Source of the DNA: Macrostomum lignano
Lineage: Eukaryota
DNA: 64,000 nt
Direction: 5' to 3'
Assembly: GCA_002269645.1 (NCBI GenBank)
Contig: NIVC01001464.1
Span: 62,001-126,000, forward strand
In this document: positions 1-23,781 of the stretch, piece by piece
Layout: every line of letters starts with the position of its first letter
Numbering within the stretch: the first letter of the stretch is position 1
Translations under genes and position numbers: made by a program
The notes under the pieces: model-generated
Databases searched by the model: none
What the model was told of the DNA's origin: nothing
Seen by the model: the letters and a program-made list of their open reading frames with translations, nothing else

Positions 1-692
1 CAGCAACAGGAAATGACTGGCTGCTTGATTTGACTTTCTGTGCGCCAAATTCAATCGGGATAAGCAGATAAATTTAAACTGGGACTGAGTGAGCAGGAGG
101 CCGTGCTGTGTACAGCTGCTGGGGATAAAGTGCATTGGCTGGTAGCGCTTATTGAGAATTTCACTGGCAGCTCAAGTTGATGGCGTGACAAAATGACAAG
201 ATGGAACTGGGCGCTTAGGGCCTCGCATTCACAGGCAAAATACACCAATAAATAATATTTTAAGAATGATGCAATGAAACAAAAATTGAGCATCATAAAC
301 GATCACCTCCATTATCCCCATGCTTTGCAGTCTTTTTTGTTGCCAGCACTTGGCAAAAGCTGGAACGCTACAAAAATACGCAATATTTGAGTGAGCTCAG
401 GACAACAGAAATGTAACGAGCACCGCACATTTGTGCAATCAAAGTCCATAGAGTCATCGAATTCTACAGCAAAGCATTTTACTGGAAACACAGCAAGATG
501 CAGTGCAGCAAAGATTCTGCAGTATTTTCTGAGTAGATCGGTAATTCTGCCATGGATTCACAGCTTCAGTTGGACTTCATTTAAACAGCAAAGTCTATGC
601 AGAATCTTTGCTACACTGCAATTAATGCTGACAAACCATCATGCGAGTCTGTTTGACAGAAGCCAGTTTGGATGAATTTTAGCAGCAAGCGG

Positions 693-3600
693 TTAAACAT
701 AGCTCAAATTTGGATCTTCCTCAGAGTGACTTCCCACCGAGGTGCTTTGGGACGCCTGCAACTGCAGAGGATGCACCAGAGGCGGCGGCGGCTGTGGTGC
801 TGGAGGTGACGGCAGCGGAGGCGGTGGCGGCGGCGGAAGCTGTGGAAACGCATCATCAGCTTCTTCGCCCTGATTCGCCGGGGGTAATTCTGTCGCAATG
901 TTGTGATACTGACGACGGCTGGCGTTAAAAAAGTACTCTGGATTTTGCACAGTCGATGTGTTGTGCGGCACTGTATTCGACTGCGTCTCCGGTGATCTGA
1001 GGGCTTCGTCCTGACTGCTGCTGGAATTCGCTCGAATCGGTCTCAAGTAGTCGTCATCAGATGTAGCAGCAGATGGCTGGTCATTCAGCTGAGAGAGCGG
1101 CTGTCCCTCTGCAGAGGCTTTGCATGGATCCGATGTATACTTGTTGTCAGAGTGCGAAGATAGTCGAGACTTTGCGACATTTACGTAGAACTGAGGGTCT
1201 TTCGGTTGAGCTCGAGGCTGCCTAGAAGCGATGCCACTAGCCCCGGCAGCAGCGGCGGCTGTTGAAACGGGTGGAGCTGTGGCGTAACCACTGTCACTGC
1301 CGATAGTCGGATGCGGCTGGGAAGTTGACGGCATTGATGTCTGCAGAAGACTTGGTTCGCCCCGAAACACGTCATTGTCCATGTCAGCTGTATCTAAAGC
1401 AGAGTAATTGCAGTCTTCAACTTCACCAGTTGGATTGAGCTCTGTTGAGTGAAGATGATTGATTGACGGCGATTTAGAACTCTCCGATCTGTGCTCAGTT
1501 GATCCGCTCTCATTTGATGGATTGCGAGCGTACTTGTCGCCTCTGATATAAACGTAGCGGCCAGGATCGTGATACATCTTCTTAAAGCTAGACTCAAGAT
1601 CATCAAATGTTGGTCTTTGCGACTCGTTGAGCATCCAGCATTTGATCATCAAAATGTATACATCAAGAGTACATATAGGCGGTTGAGGAAGACGCTCTCC
1701 TTTTTCTAAGTAGTCAGCAAGATCAGTTGGCTTAACGTTAACGTAAGGCGTATCACCAAACATGAAGATCTCCCACAATGTTACGCCATAAGCCCAAACA
1801 TCAGACTTATGAGAGAACTTCCGGCTAACTAAGCACTCAAGTGCAAGCCATTTTACAGGCAGTTTGCCTCCGGATGCCCTGTACTCTTCGTTTGGGTTAT
1901 CAAGCAACTTGGCTAATCCAAAATCTGTGATTTTGACGCACTTATTCGATGCGACAAGTACATTTCGACAAGCTAGATCGCGATGAATAATATTGCGTTG
2001 CTCGAGATAGCTCATTCCGCTAGCGATTTGAGAAGAATATCGAAGCAAATGGCTGCTTCCAATCTGGTCCGTGTCTTTTCGTGCTCGTAAAAAGTCTCTT
2101 AAGTTTCCGAGTGGCATGAACTGTGTTATAAGCTGAAGCGGCTGTGTCATGCATATGCCAACAAGCCTAACACAATGAGGATGCTCGACTGAAGCCATTA
2201 TTCGACTTTCTTCCAGCAGTTCACTGGATACATTGTTGTCTCCAATGGAATCAGATAGAATTTTAATAGCAACAGAAACTCGCTGATTATCTCCATCGGG
2301 AAACCATTCTCCTCTGAAAACAGTTCCGAAAGCACCGGATCCTACTTCTTGACCTCGGGATATTTCTTTTTCTGAAATAGTGCGTAAAACAGCAACGTTT
2401 GGTGCTGCGTCTGTGACATTCAATGGTTCCATGTCTTCATCCCAAACGCCAATAATTCGCGGCTTTTTCTTTGAATGTTGGCTACGCTGCCTGCACCAAT
2501 AAAACAATATTAGGATGACCAGAATAAGTAATAGCGTCGCACAGATTAGAACCCCAGATATAACTGTTGCTTGTTTCTCGTTTCTGGCATTTTCTCGGTC
2601 AGATATAGCAGTGAGTGGGTTGCTAGAGCAGGTCATTCCGAGATCAGTGGCTAGAAACGCATGTGGCTGTGAGTCTGGACAGCTTCTTAGACAGACAAAT
2701 TCGTTGCTTTTATTGAACCCTAATGGAAAGTATGTGAAAGCATGTTTGTCACATTTTGAACAGTCCGAGCTACTAGGTCCAGAGCATTCAGAGCAATGTT
2801 TTGCACACGGTTTACATACTTTTTCTTCTGCTACCGCAAAATAACCGTTAGGGCAGTTCGAACTGCACTTTAATCCAGCGTGTGATGGTGTCTTTTCATT
2901 TGACTCAATGTTGAAGCGCCAACACTCTGTACAAATGTGCGCAGCGCCCTGACATTTTTTACACTGATCGGCGCATGGCAAACAGATGGAAACGGACAGA
3001 GTTGTCGAACTAAGAACTTCAGATAAATCCGGAAATTCCGAAAGATGACTTTGATCAAGAACGGTTACGTAAAAACCATCAGGACATGTTTGTCTGACAT
3101 CTAAACATTTTAAGATTCTCTTTCCTGTTAAGTCAAGTTCAGGGAGAACTCTAGCACAAAACTGGCATCCTCCACGACCAACAAACGATCCGTTTCCGGA
3201 GCACGTTGGAACATTCTTTCTTGGATTGAGACATAGTTTTGAGCAATTTTGACATATTCGACTTGAATCAGCGTATTGTGACGAAAAAGAACATGACTTT
3301 ACACACTTCGTACCATCGCGGAATGCAGAGCTAACACAGTCTGTACAATTGTTTTCATTTGGGCCGTAGCACCTGGAGCACAGCAGAGAACATCGACTGC
3401 ATTGTTGCTGTACAATTGACGTTGTAGGACTTACTGATGTAATAAGAAATTTATCAAACCACCAACCACTTGCAGCACTGCAGTTTGATAAACATTGCGT
3501 TCCCGCTTTGACATGGGAGCACTTTACACAGTCGCTGGACAAAGGCCCCCAACAGCCGTACCTTGGGTCGCATTCTACGTGACATCTGTTGAGATCAATG

Positions 3601-5231
3601 GGGCACGTTTGCCTGAAGAATCCGTTACGTATCTTGTTTATAAAATTATCTGTAACTTTACTTGATAGGCTGCCAGAGGAAAATATGATACCATCCGTTG
3701 TAGCATTTTGTTTAGGAAAAAGATTGGGGCAAAACTGAACACTGGTGCTTTTTAATTCTTTTTGATTTCTTACGGCTGAAGATAGGATGTGGATTGAGCC
3801 AGCAACACTCTGCAATGATGACAGTCCCAAATATTGAATGTGTGGCGATATTACAAGAAGATTGCCAGAGTCGCGAATTTTAGGAGCGCTATCCAGTCTT
3901 TTTAATTTGGACATAAACGAAAGATTTGTCAATAGTAGAGGTTCCTTTATAGTGACGTAGATGCTCCCTCGAACAACGGTAAGCCTGCTAAATATATATT
4001 CCATATCTTGTAGACTTAAAATTTTCTGGCCTGGAAAAGGAATGCCCTTAAGGCAACTGTCAAGTATGCTAATATCTCCGGTAAACTCAGTACACGGCAT
4101 AACAGAAGAATTGAAAAGCGGAGTTAATAGTGGGTTGGAATTCCCACATAGAATGCTTGACGTAACAGCCTCACATTGTCTAATAGCCTGCATTTTGATG
4201 CAGGTTCTATTGCTGCTGGCTGAGTAACCAGTAGTGCATTTGCTAACGCAGGAATCTTCTTCGACAAAAAACGATCTTGGACATTGCGAGACACAAATAG
4301 GACCCAATGGGAAAACCTTCTCTCTAGGTTCGACGAAACGCGCACTTACGGTGTCGTACACTTTAGAAGTGCTGCAAGCACCAACGCAGGATCCATTTTT
4401 GTTAAATCGCGTACACCCAAAACATTGTCGCGATGACGTACCATAGCAACCACCTAGACAGTTTTCAGAGCAGCAATTCTCAACACCGTTGCTAATGTAG
4501 CACCTGTTGGATACGCAATCTTGTATACTGCGACACTTGGATCTTGCCTGGCATTGATCAGACCCGGGCCCCCAGCAGTACTTTTTTGAATCGGGCCATA
4601 CAGGACAACTTTCATGACAAGCTGATTCTTTCTCTTCTAAGCAATCAAGTTTGGACTCAAATTTTTGATTGGCTGCATCGGAGAATAGTTCGTCGTAGTT
4701 AATCCGCTTTTCTAAGTAACAATTCTTTAATCCGCCAACAAGAACTCCACCTTTTCCAATGTAGCGCAAATTTCGAAAATCAACAGGCGGTATTTGCATT
4801 TTGCAAGTGCTCATAAAGTGCATGGTGATTGCTTCACCATCGCATTTTCCACGAATGACTTCTAGGCTTTTAAATGATATCGGCGTATTGAAGCAGCTGT
4901 CAATTATCTGTATGCAACCCGTCACTTCACGAATGGAGTCTAGAAAAGACAAGTTGAACGGTTTACCTTGGTCAATAAATTCCTGCTCGTTGATTTTAAT
5001 AATGTGAACATCGCCGATAATAAACTGACAATCAGCTAGTGAGTTGTGCAGAACTTCAACTAGCTTTACTGAGTTGCTCATAGTGAATTCCGAACGTCGC
5101 GTACCAACGCAAGCTGTAGGTTGATCTGGGATCACAGCGTCTACAGGCATTTTCCGCTCAAAGTCCGGCAGTAGAAATAGAAACGCGACTAGGCAAAGTT
5201 GGACAAACTTGCGAGTAGAATGCGAGCTCAT
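693..5231 (-). CDS. EGFR: EGF receptor family tyrosine kinase, single exon, 1512 aa
   Basis: Uninterrupted ORF; first ATG at 5231 (the ORF-track start at 5273 is TTG). Signal peptide, L1 (ACVGT..CQFIIGDVHI..IREVTG), furin-like CR1, L2 (CTEFTGDI), extended CR region (CHVECDPRYGCWGP...), TM (VISGVLICATLLLILVILILFYWC), kinase (GSGAFGTV, VAIK, HRDLACRN, DFGLAKLL, GKLPVKWLALE, SDVWAYGVT), tail with Tyr motifs. Confidence 0.97.
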   Translation of the reverse strand: MSSHSTRKFVQLCLVAFLFLLPDFERKMPVDAVIPDQPTACVGTRRSEFTMSNSVKLVEVLHNSLADCQFIIGDVHIIKINEQEFIDQGKPFNLSFLDSIREVTGCIQIIDSCFNTPISFKSLEVIRGKCDGEAITMHFMSTCKMQIPPVDFRNLRYIGKGGVLVGGLKNCYLEKRINYDELFSDAANQKFESKLDCLEEKESACHESCPVWPDSKKYCWGPGSDQCQARSKCRSIQDCVSNRCYISNGVENCCSENCLGGCYGTSSRQCFGCTRFNKNGSCVGACSTSKVYDTVSARFVEPREKVFPLGPICVSQCPRSFFVEEDSCVSKCTTGYSASSNRTCIKMQAIRQCEAVTSSILCGNSNPLLTPLFNSSVMPCTEFTGDISILDSCLKGIPFPGQKILSLQDMEYIFSRLTVVRGSIYVTIKEPLLLTNLSFMSKLKRLDSAPKIRDSGNLLVISPHIQYLGLSSLQSVAGSIHILSSAVRNQKELKSTSVQFCPNLFPKQNATTDGIIFSSGSLSSKVTDNFINKIRNGFFRQTCPIDLNRCHVECDPRYGCWGPLSSDCVKCSHVKAGTQCLSNCSAASGWWFDKFLITSVSPTTSIVQQQCSRCSLLCSRCYGPNENNCTDCVSSAFRDGTKCVKSCSFSSQYADSSRICQNCSKLCLNPRKNVPTCSGNGSFVGRGGCQFCARVLPELDLTGKRILKCLDVRQTCPDGFYVTVLDQSHLSEFPDLSEVLSSTTLSVSICLPCADQCKKCQGAAHICTECWRFNIESNEKTPSHAGLKCSSNCPNGYFAVAEEKVCKPCAKHCSECSGPSSSDCSKCDKHAFTYFPLGFNKSNEFVCLRSCPDSQPHAFLATDLGMTCSSNPLTAISDRENARNEKQATVISGVLICATLLLILVILILFYWCRQRSQHSKKKPRIIGVWDEDMEPLNVTDAAPNVAVLRTISEKEISRGQEVGSGAFGTVFRGEWFPDGDNQRVSVAIKILSDSIGDNNVSSELLEESRIMASVEHPHCVRLVGICMTQPLQLITQFMPLGNLRDFLRARKDTDQIGSSHLLRYSSQIASGMSYLEQRNIIHRDLACRNVLVASNKCVKITDFGLAKLLDNPNEEYRASGGKLPVKWLALECLVSRKFSHKSDVWAYGVTLWEIFMFGDTPYVNVKPTDLADYLEKGERLPQPPICTLDVYILMIKCWMLNESQRPTFDDLESSFKKMYHDPGRYVYIRGDKYARNPSNESGSTEHRSESSKSPSINHLHSTELNPTGEVEDCNYSALDTADMDNDVFRGEPSLLQTSMPSTSQPHPTIGSDSGYATAPPVSTAAAAAGASGIASRQPRAQPKDPQFYVNVAKSRLSSHSDNKYTSDPCKASAEGQPLSQLNDQPSAATSDDDYLRPIRANSSSSQDEALRSPETQSNTVPHNTSTVQNPEYFFNASRRQYHNIATELPPANQGEEADDAFPQLPPPPPPPLPSPPAPQPPPPLVHPLQLQASQSTSVGSHSEEDPNLSYV

Positions 5232-6834
5232 GATGAACCCTGACTGTGGATACTGTTCGGCTTGATTTGTCAACAGTAGAATAAATCAAGCAGACAGACG
5301 TTAAAAACAGCGATGTTGCCGGCTGGCAACTAGTTGGGTTCAGGCGATCGCTCAGGTGGATATTCCGACTAGCCTGTTTCCGTAGTCGGATTTATGGGAA
5401 ACGGCAACTAAGGGCAGTTGCTATTTTAAGCGCACGAAGGAAGGCCAAGTCCGAGGCGAAGAATGCAGTACACAAAAATGCGCAGATGCACAAAACCGGT
5501 GACGCAAAGATGATGAACGAACAGCGATTGTATGCAGGCGAACAAAAATAGACTGGGTAATGCGGGTATGCGAGTTGCAGAAACCCTTTTTGCCTTTTGC
5601 GTTTTAAACTACCAAAAACGGGATCTCTCTTATTTCTTTCCTACGTGCCCAGTCCCAATGTAGCCATGATTAAATGGCAAAGAGTACACTCTCTCCGAGA
5701 TCCACCTCACCTCCGCCTCTGTATTAAAGGAATTCACAGTGGAGCCAAACACATGCGCAGAGGGGCGGATGAAAGAGATAGGGAAGGAGGGCTGGATTGG
5801 AGTGAAGGCCGCGACAGCAAATCCCCGCTGAACCACGAGGAGGGGGGGGGGCGCATTACGTTGGAATAGAAACTGTACAGTGAAGCAGGGGCTGCGTGTG
5901 GGAGGCAGGCTCAACCCCAAGGACCCCCTATCCACTTCTATACGGCCTATACAAAACTCCAACTGTGAAGAGTGGTGTGGAGTGTGGGCGCAACGACATG
6001 GAAAATTGGGAAAGAGAGGGCAAACTATGGAACTGGAACTTGGTGGGCTGCATTAGGGCATGGTCTGAGTTTTTTGGAGAGATTCACACTTGGGGAGACC
6101 AATGAAAATGTTTGGGGGACTTGGGGTGAAGACAGTGGGCCAAAGGCAATAATTTCCACCAGGTCCTGTTTTGTGCCCGATCACTTACTACAATGGAGAA
6201 TGGTGATAAAACCATTCGTCCTAGGAATACAACTATGGAACCTGGAAACAAGTTTAAAAGCCAGATGCAAAGAGGAGAAAAATTGGGCTTTGATGTTTTA
6301 GATTTTTTACGATTTGTTTCATAGAGGAGAGAGCAACACGGGCTAAAAATTAAAGTGGGGAAAGAAAAAGACGTGGGTACGAAGCAGAAGCCTAGAGGCG
6401 TGACTCACCCCAACAATCACGTGGGCATCAAGTCCTTTAGGTGTAAAAAGGCTGGACATGAACTACGAGTATGAAGGAATGAGTGACGGGAGTTGGAAAG
6501 GGGGCAGTCACAATCAAGAGCGCTAAGGGAAGAGAGTGGAGTGGAGAGCGAGAGGGAGCCAAAGCAAACAGGATTAATATTTCAAAACTAGAGGAATTAA
6601 CCCAGGAAACTTGATAGAATCACGAGCTTAAAAACGAGCACATATTAACTTTATACTACAACACCTAATTCTTGAATTGATGCTTCTAAGAGAATAATTT
6701 TTGAAATCGCAAGACATATGCGAGACACGTATATATAAGCACAATGACACGCACAGGGGACAGATTGATGAATGACTCATTCGATTGATAACACACGCTA
6801 GCAGAACACGTTCAGACTCTTACAAACTTTAGAA

Positions 6835-6983
6835 CTGGAGTCGGGAAACTTTTTTTACCTCGATGGGAGAGGAAAGGGAGGAGAGAGGAAATTGAAATGG
6901 GCATAAATTTTGAGTAGGCCGGATTGCTACTGGGAACGGGAAGTTTCAAAGGACCCGGTGGGGCCTGAGTTTGCCGAACCCTG
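6835..6983. mobile_element. Degenerate hAT-type MITE (~150 bp)
   Basis: Right end ...agtttgccgaaccctg (reverse complement cagggttcggcaaact); left end ctggagtcgggaaact. Flanking 8-mers ctttagaa and ctatagat match 6/8, consistent with a decayed 8-bp TSD. Confidence 0.5.
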
Positions 6984-8123
6984 CTATAGATTAAAATTCA
7001 TCACAATTCTATAATAACGGCTCTAGATATTTATATACAAAATATTAATAAATAAGTCAAGAGAGACACAAACTAACAAATAAAATAGCATAATAATCCC
7101 TGTTCTAGGTAAACAGTATGTATGCATACAAATATATATATTTGTTGTGACGTCATCCAAAAATAAGGAATGAACTAATAGACAAAAGTAATAGATTATC
7201 TAGAATTGCCGTTTATGCATAAGCGAGAAGATACTCAGCGTACGCAACAACCTTTCTCCTGCAACTAAAAATGAAATTAAAATATTCATATGTATAATAA
7301 TTAGATTGAGTCAGAATGAGAACAGATTGAACGGAAACGATAGCAATAATATTTTATACTGATTGACATATTAGTTATACAGACACCAACGGCTTGGCCA
7401 AAATAATATTAGCACTACTAACTCAGATCAGAGAGACACGCTATGCACCAATAATATTTCTTTTTTTGCGCTAGATATTAACGGAAAGAATTCTCAGCGC
7501 GAGAGATTAGATCTTTTATAACTAGAGCAAATTGCGGAACTCACAGTCCTTATTAAGATTAAGATATTAATATATCTTATTAGGATAAGATTAAGACAGA
7601 GCCACACTTGGACAGTGGTGCAAGGTGCAAACTTTAAAACTTTTGTTAATAGTCTAAATATTATTTAGCAGCAATTAAAACAATCGAATGCCTGCACCAA
7701 AATAATAGAACATATTGTGCGCTTTAAAACGCTCGCGCGCACACACACAGACAGAGATCGATATAAATAAACAAGCCAATAGAAACATATGAGTGCAAGA
7801 CTGGCATTTCACACAAATAAATTGTATTAATGCTTGATTACTTAGAAATGAATTACAACTGAAAGAATAATTATTGAAAAAATTGAAAGGAACGCGTATT
7901 ACCCGGAGTATATGAAAATCACAAAATGTTTGTCAGCAAATTAAAAAAAAGTATTATATACTACTAGCAAGGAAAAGTAAATCAAATTAAAAGTGCAGGA
8001 AAATCCGGGACAATGAGTCACCGAAAAACCAAGTAAATTATAATTTTAATTTGACAGTAGATGTCAAAGATTTGCATTTGTTAATGGTTGACTAGGGCTG
8101 AGGGGTTTGACGGAATCCTGGTG

Positions 8124-8396
8124 TATACTCAGCAACATTGAAAAGTCGCCAGTGAGCAGTGTCTCTTGGACTATTCTGCAATAAGAGACACGAGAAAACT
8201 GATTCGGGGTAGCTTTAATCCGTCCAACCCTCGCACACCGCTCCACCTCACTTCATTCCTCAACTCAAGCCTGCCGCGTGGCGTAGCTGAGTTGCGTCAG
8301 TCGCAAGATTGAGAGACTTTACCTGCTCTCTCAAAAGTGGCGACAACAGACGGAATCTTCTGTGATGGCGACTTTTCAATGTTGCTGCTGAGTATA
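8124..8396. mobile_element. MITE with ~28-bp TIRs, TA-flanked (Tc1/mariner-like); family copy 1
   Basis: tatactcagcaacattgaaaagtcgcca at 8124 and its reverse complement (with a 3-bp insertion) ending at 8396. The interior is shared with 30032-30187. Confidence 0.75.
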
Positions 8397-9221
8397 AATA
8401 AACAAAAATATTTATCAATTAAGGCTCTATTTTAGTAATTAATTAGAATCTACTGTTGTTAAATTAAATAATAACAATGAATAAGTTTTATAGAATACTA
8501 CTGCTTGGCTGTTGACCTTCATTTGTGCAGACAAAACTTATTCAGAATAATAATACGATACATAAATTTAATACATTTCTAACTTTAAGTTAATAAAAAC
8601 GATAATTTTTTTCTTTTTGGAAGCACACATAACTCAGGATAGATAACAGAAGTTAAATTGAAATTCATGAGTATTGTGAGAGCAGTCCAATCAGCATAAT
8701 AAATACATTTAAACACAACAGATCTAGTGACAGAAAATAATTGATAATAGAAAACGATTGGCCTCTTAACAGGGAGACTATAACTGTCACAATGTTAGAT
8801 AATATAGAGAAGTTTAAATTCAACTCAGTGGATGACATTAAAAAAATAATAAAAAAATCAAAACGCTTTTGTTGTGTGAAAAGAACACAATTCAGTGGTT
8901 TTAAGCAGAAATTATTTCATATTTATTTATGAGCATTTAATCTAGTTAAGTAAAGCCTCAGAATTACGTCTAATAGCCAATCGAAGAAAGACAATTATAA
9001 AACAATTAAAACAAAAGTAAACAGAATACAAGTAATGAAAATAATCATGGCAACAGGTTTCTATTTAACCTTGGCTTTCTATAGCCCCCCCCCCCCAGCG
9101 CTGCTACTGACAGACAGGCAAGTTTTGACGCGAGTGAAAGCCAACTGAAAAGTCGTCTATCCATTTTTGAAAACAAAGCATAAAGTTCTCAAGCACAAGG
9201 CAGATGCTCAATTCAGGTTGA

Positions 9222-20459
<11,238 letters not shown>

Positions 20460-20841
20460 TTAATTTAGTTAAAAACGCTAGTGAGTGTTGATAAGAGTGC
20501 CTTAGTTGTTAGTTTTGGGTACAGGGCTAGGCATGCAAATAGGACAAAGGTTATTATTTTAGGCAAGCTTCATCCGAAGCATGGCATATAACTAGTATTT
20601 TCATAATCCATACTTTTTCTCTGCACTAAGTTAGATCACTAAGAAAACTGTGAAATAAAAGTCATAAGGAAAACAATTATTAAGTATTATTTATTTATAG
20701 CATAATTATGGCAACTATTACATACTGTTAGATAATGTTTATGAATTAAAATGGCACATCTTGAAAGACATGCACTTGTACTAAATACTCGGAACATACA
20801 AGGAGGGCCGTCATTATCAAGACAGATATATAAGAGTGAAA

Positions 20842-22699
<1,858 letters not shown>

Positions 22700-22842
22700 T
22701 TAAGAATTTAATTAATATTACTTTATAAAATATTACAAACATATAAAGTAATCATAAACATAGGGGTCATATTTTATCTTACTATTTATCTTCTATACCT
22801 ATAAAAATGAAATTTCTGTCTCTGCGTGTGTACAAAGGGGAG

Positions 22843-23781
22843 GGCCTGTCAACTTAAGCTTATAAAGTAGAGCCTGAGTAACCTACGTACACAAATGATA
22901 CGGGGTCATTCTGCTCACAATGCTTGCTATCTGGGGGATGCTTGCTATCTGGGGGATGCTTGCTATCTGGGTGATGCTTGCTACCTGGGGGATGCTTGCT
23001 ATCTGGGTGATGCTTGCTACCTGGGGGATGCTTGCTATCTGGGGGATGCTTGCTATCTGGGTGATGCTTGCTACCTGGGGGATGCTTGCTATCTGGGGGA
23101 TGCTTGCTATCTGGGTGATGCTTGCTACCTGGGGGATGCTTGCTATCTGGAGGATGCTTGCTATCTGGGGTGATGCTTGCTATCTGGGGGATGCTTGCTA
23201 TCTGGGGTGATGCTTGCTATCTGTGGGATGCTTGCTATCTGGGGTGATGCTTGCTATCTGTGGGATGCTTGCTATCTGGGGGATGCTTGCTATCTGTGGG
23301 ATGCTTGCTACCTGGGGGATGCTTGCTATCTGGAGGATGCTTGCTATCTGGGGTGATGCTTGCTATCTGTGGGATGCTTGCTATCTGTGGGATGCTTGCT
23401 ATCTGGGGTGATGCTTGCTATGAGCATTAGGGGATGCTTGCTATCTGCGGTTGCTTACTTTTGGAGGGGGTGCTTGCTAGCTAGGGGGATGCTTGCTGTC
23501 TTGGGAATATTTTTTTATTTAGGGGTAGCTATATTTTGTTGTCTGTTTGTTAATTTTTGAGAAAAAGTGATTCATAGCAAATATCTTTGTCCATGTCAAT
23601 TTTACACGAATAAGCTGATTTTTAAAAGTGAAGAAGAAATTGGTTCTTAATAAAATTTGCTTTTTTTAATTGTTTTCAATGAACTATTTTTGCTCCTTGC
23701 TTATTGGGCGCCCCGAAGTGGGGCCGCACTAGATTGCTAGTTATCCCAATAATGTAACTTATAGAATTAAGTTGACAGGCC
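22843..23781. mobile_element. Possible MITE with 15-bp TIRs enclosing an 18-bp minisatellite
   Basis: ggcctgtcaacttaa (22843-22857) and ttaagttgacaggcc (23767-23781) are perfect reverse complements. No TSD is evident. Confidence 0.45.
22921..23450. repeat. 18-bp minisatellite (gatgcttgctatctgggg)n upstream of TTC1
   Basis: Tandem array; explains ORF calls at 22895-23560. Confidence 0.97.

Noticed and set aside
64-180. Plus-strand ADKFKLGLSEQEAV...GSSS* followed by AATAAA (~247) as the last exon of an upstream gene
   Set aside because: In-frame stop at 61-63, no convincing pyrimidine tract before the candidate acceptor, and no recognisable homology.
1900-2010. HRDLACRN as evidence that EGFR is a pseudokinase
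   Set aside because: Catalytic Lys, HRD Asp, Arg/Asn and DFG are intact; Ala-to-Cys at this position occurs in active RTKs such as Sevenless.
704-5007. Short overlapping or antisense ORFs within EGFR (and similar shadows within TTC1, the receptor and TTC21B exons)
   Set aside because: Shadow frames of real coding sequence with no independent signals.
5232-5273. TTG-initiated N-terminal extension of EGFR
   Set aside because: Eukaryotic gene; the ATG at 5231 directly precedes a signal peptide.
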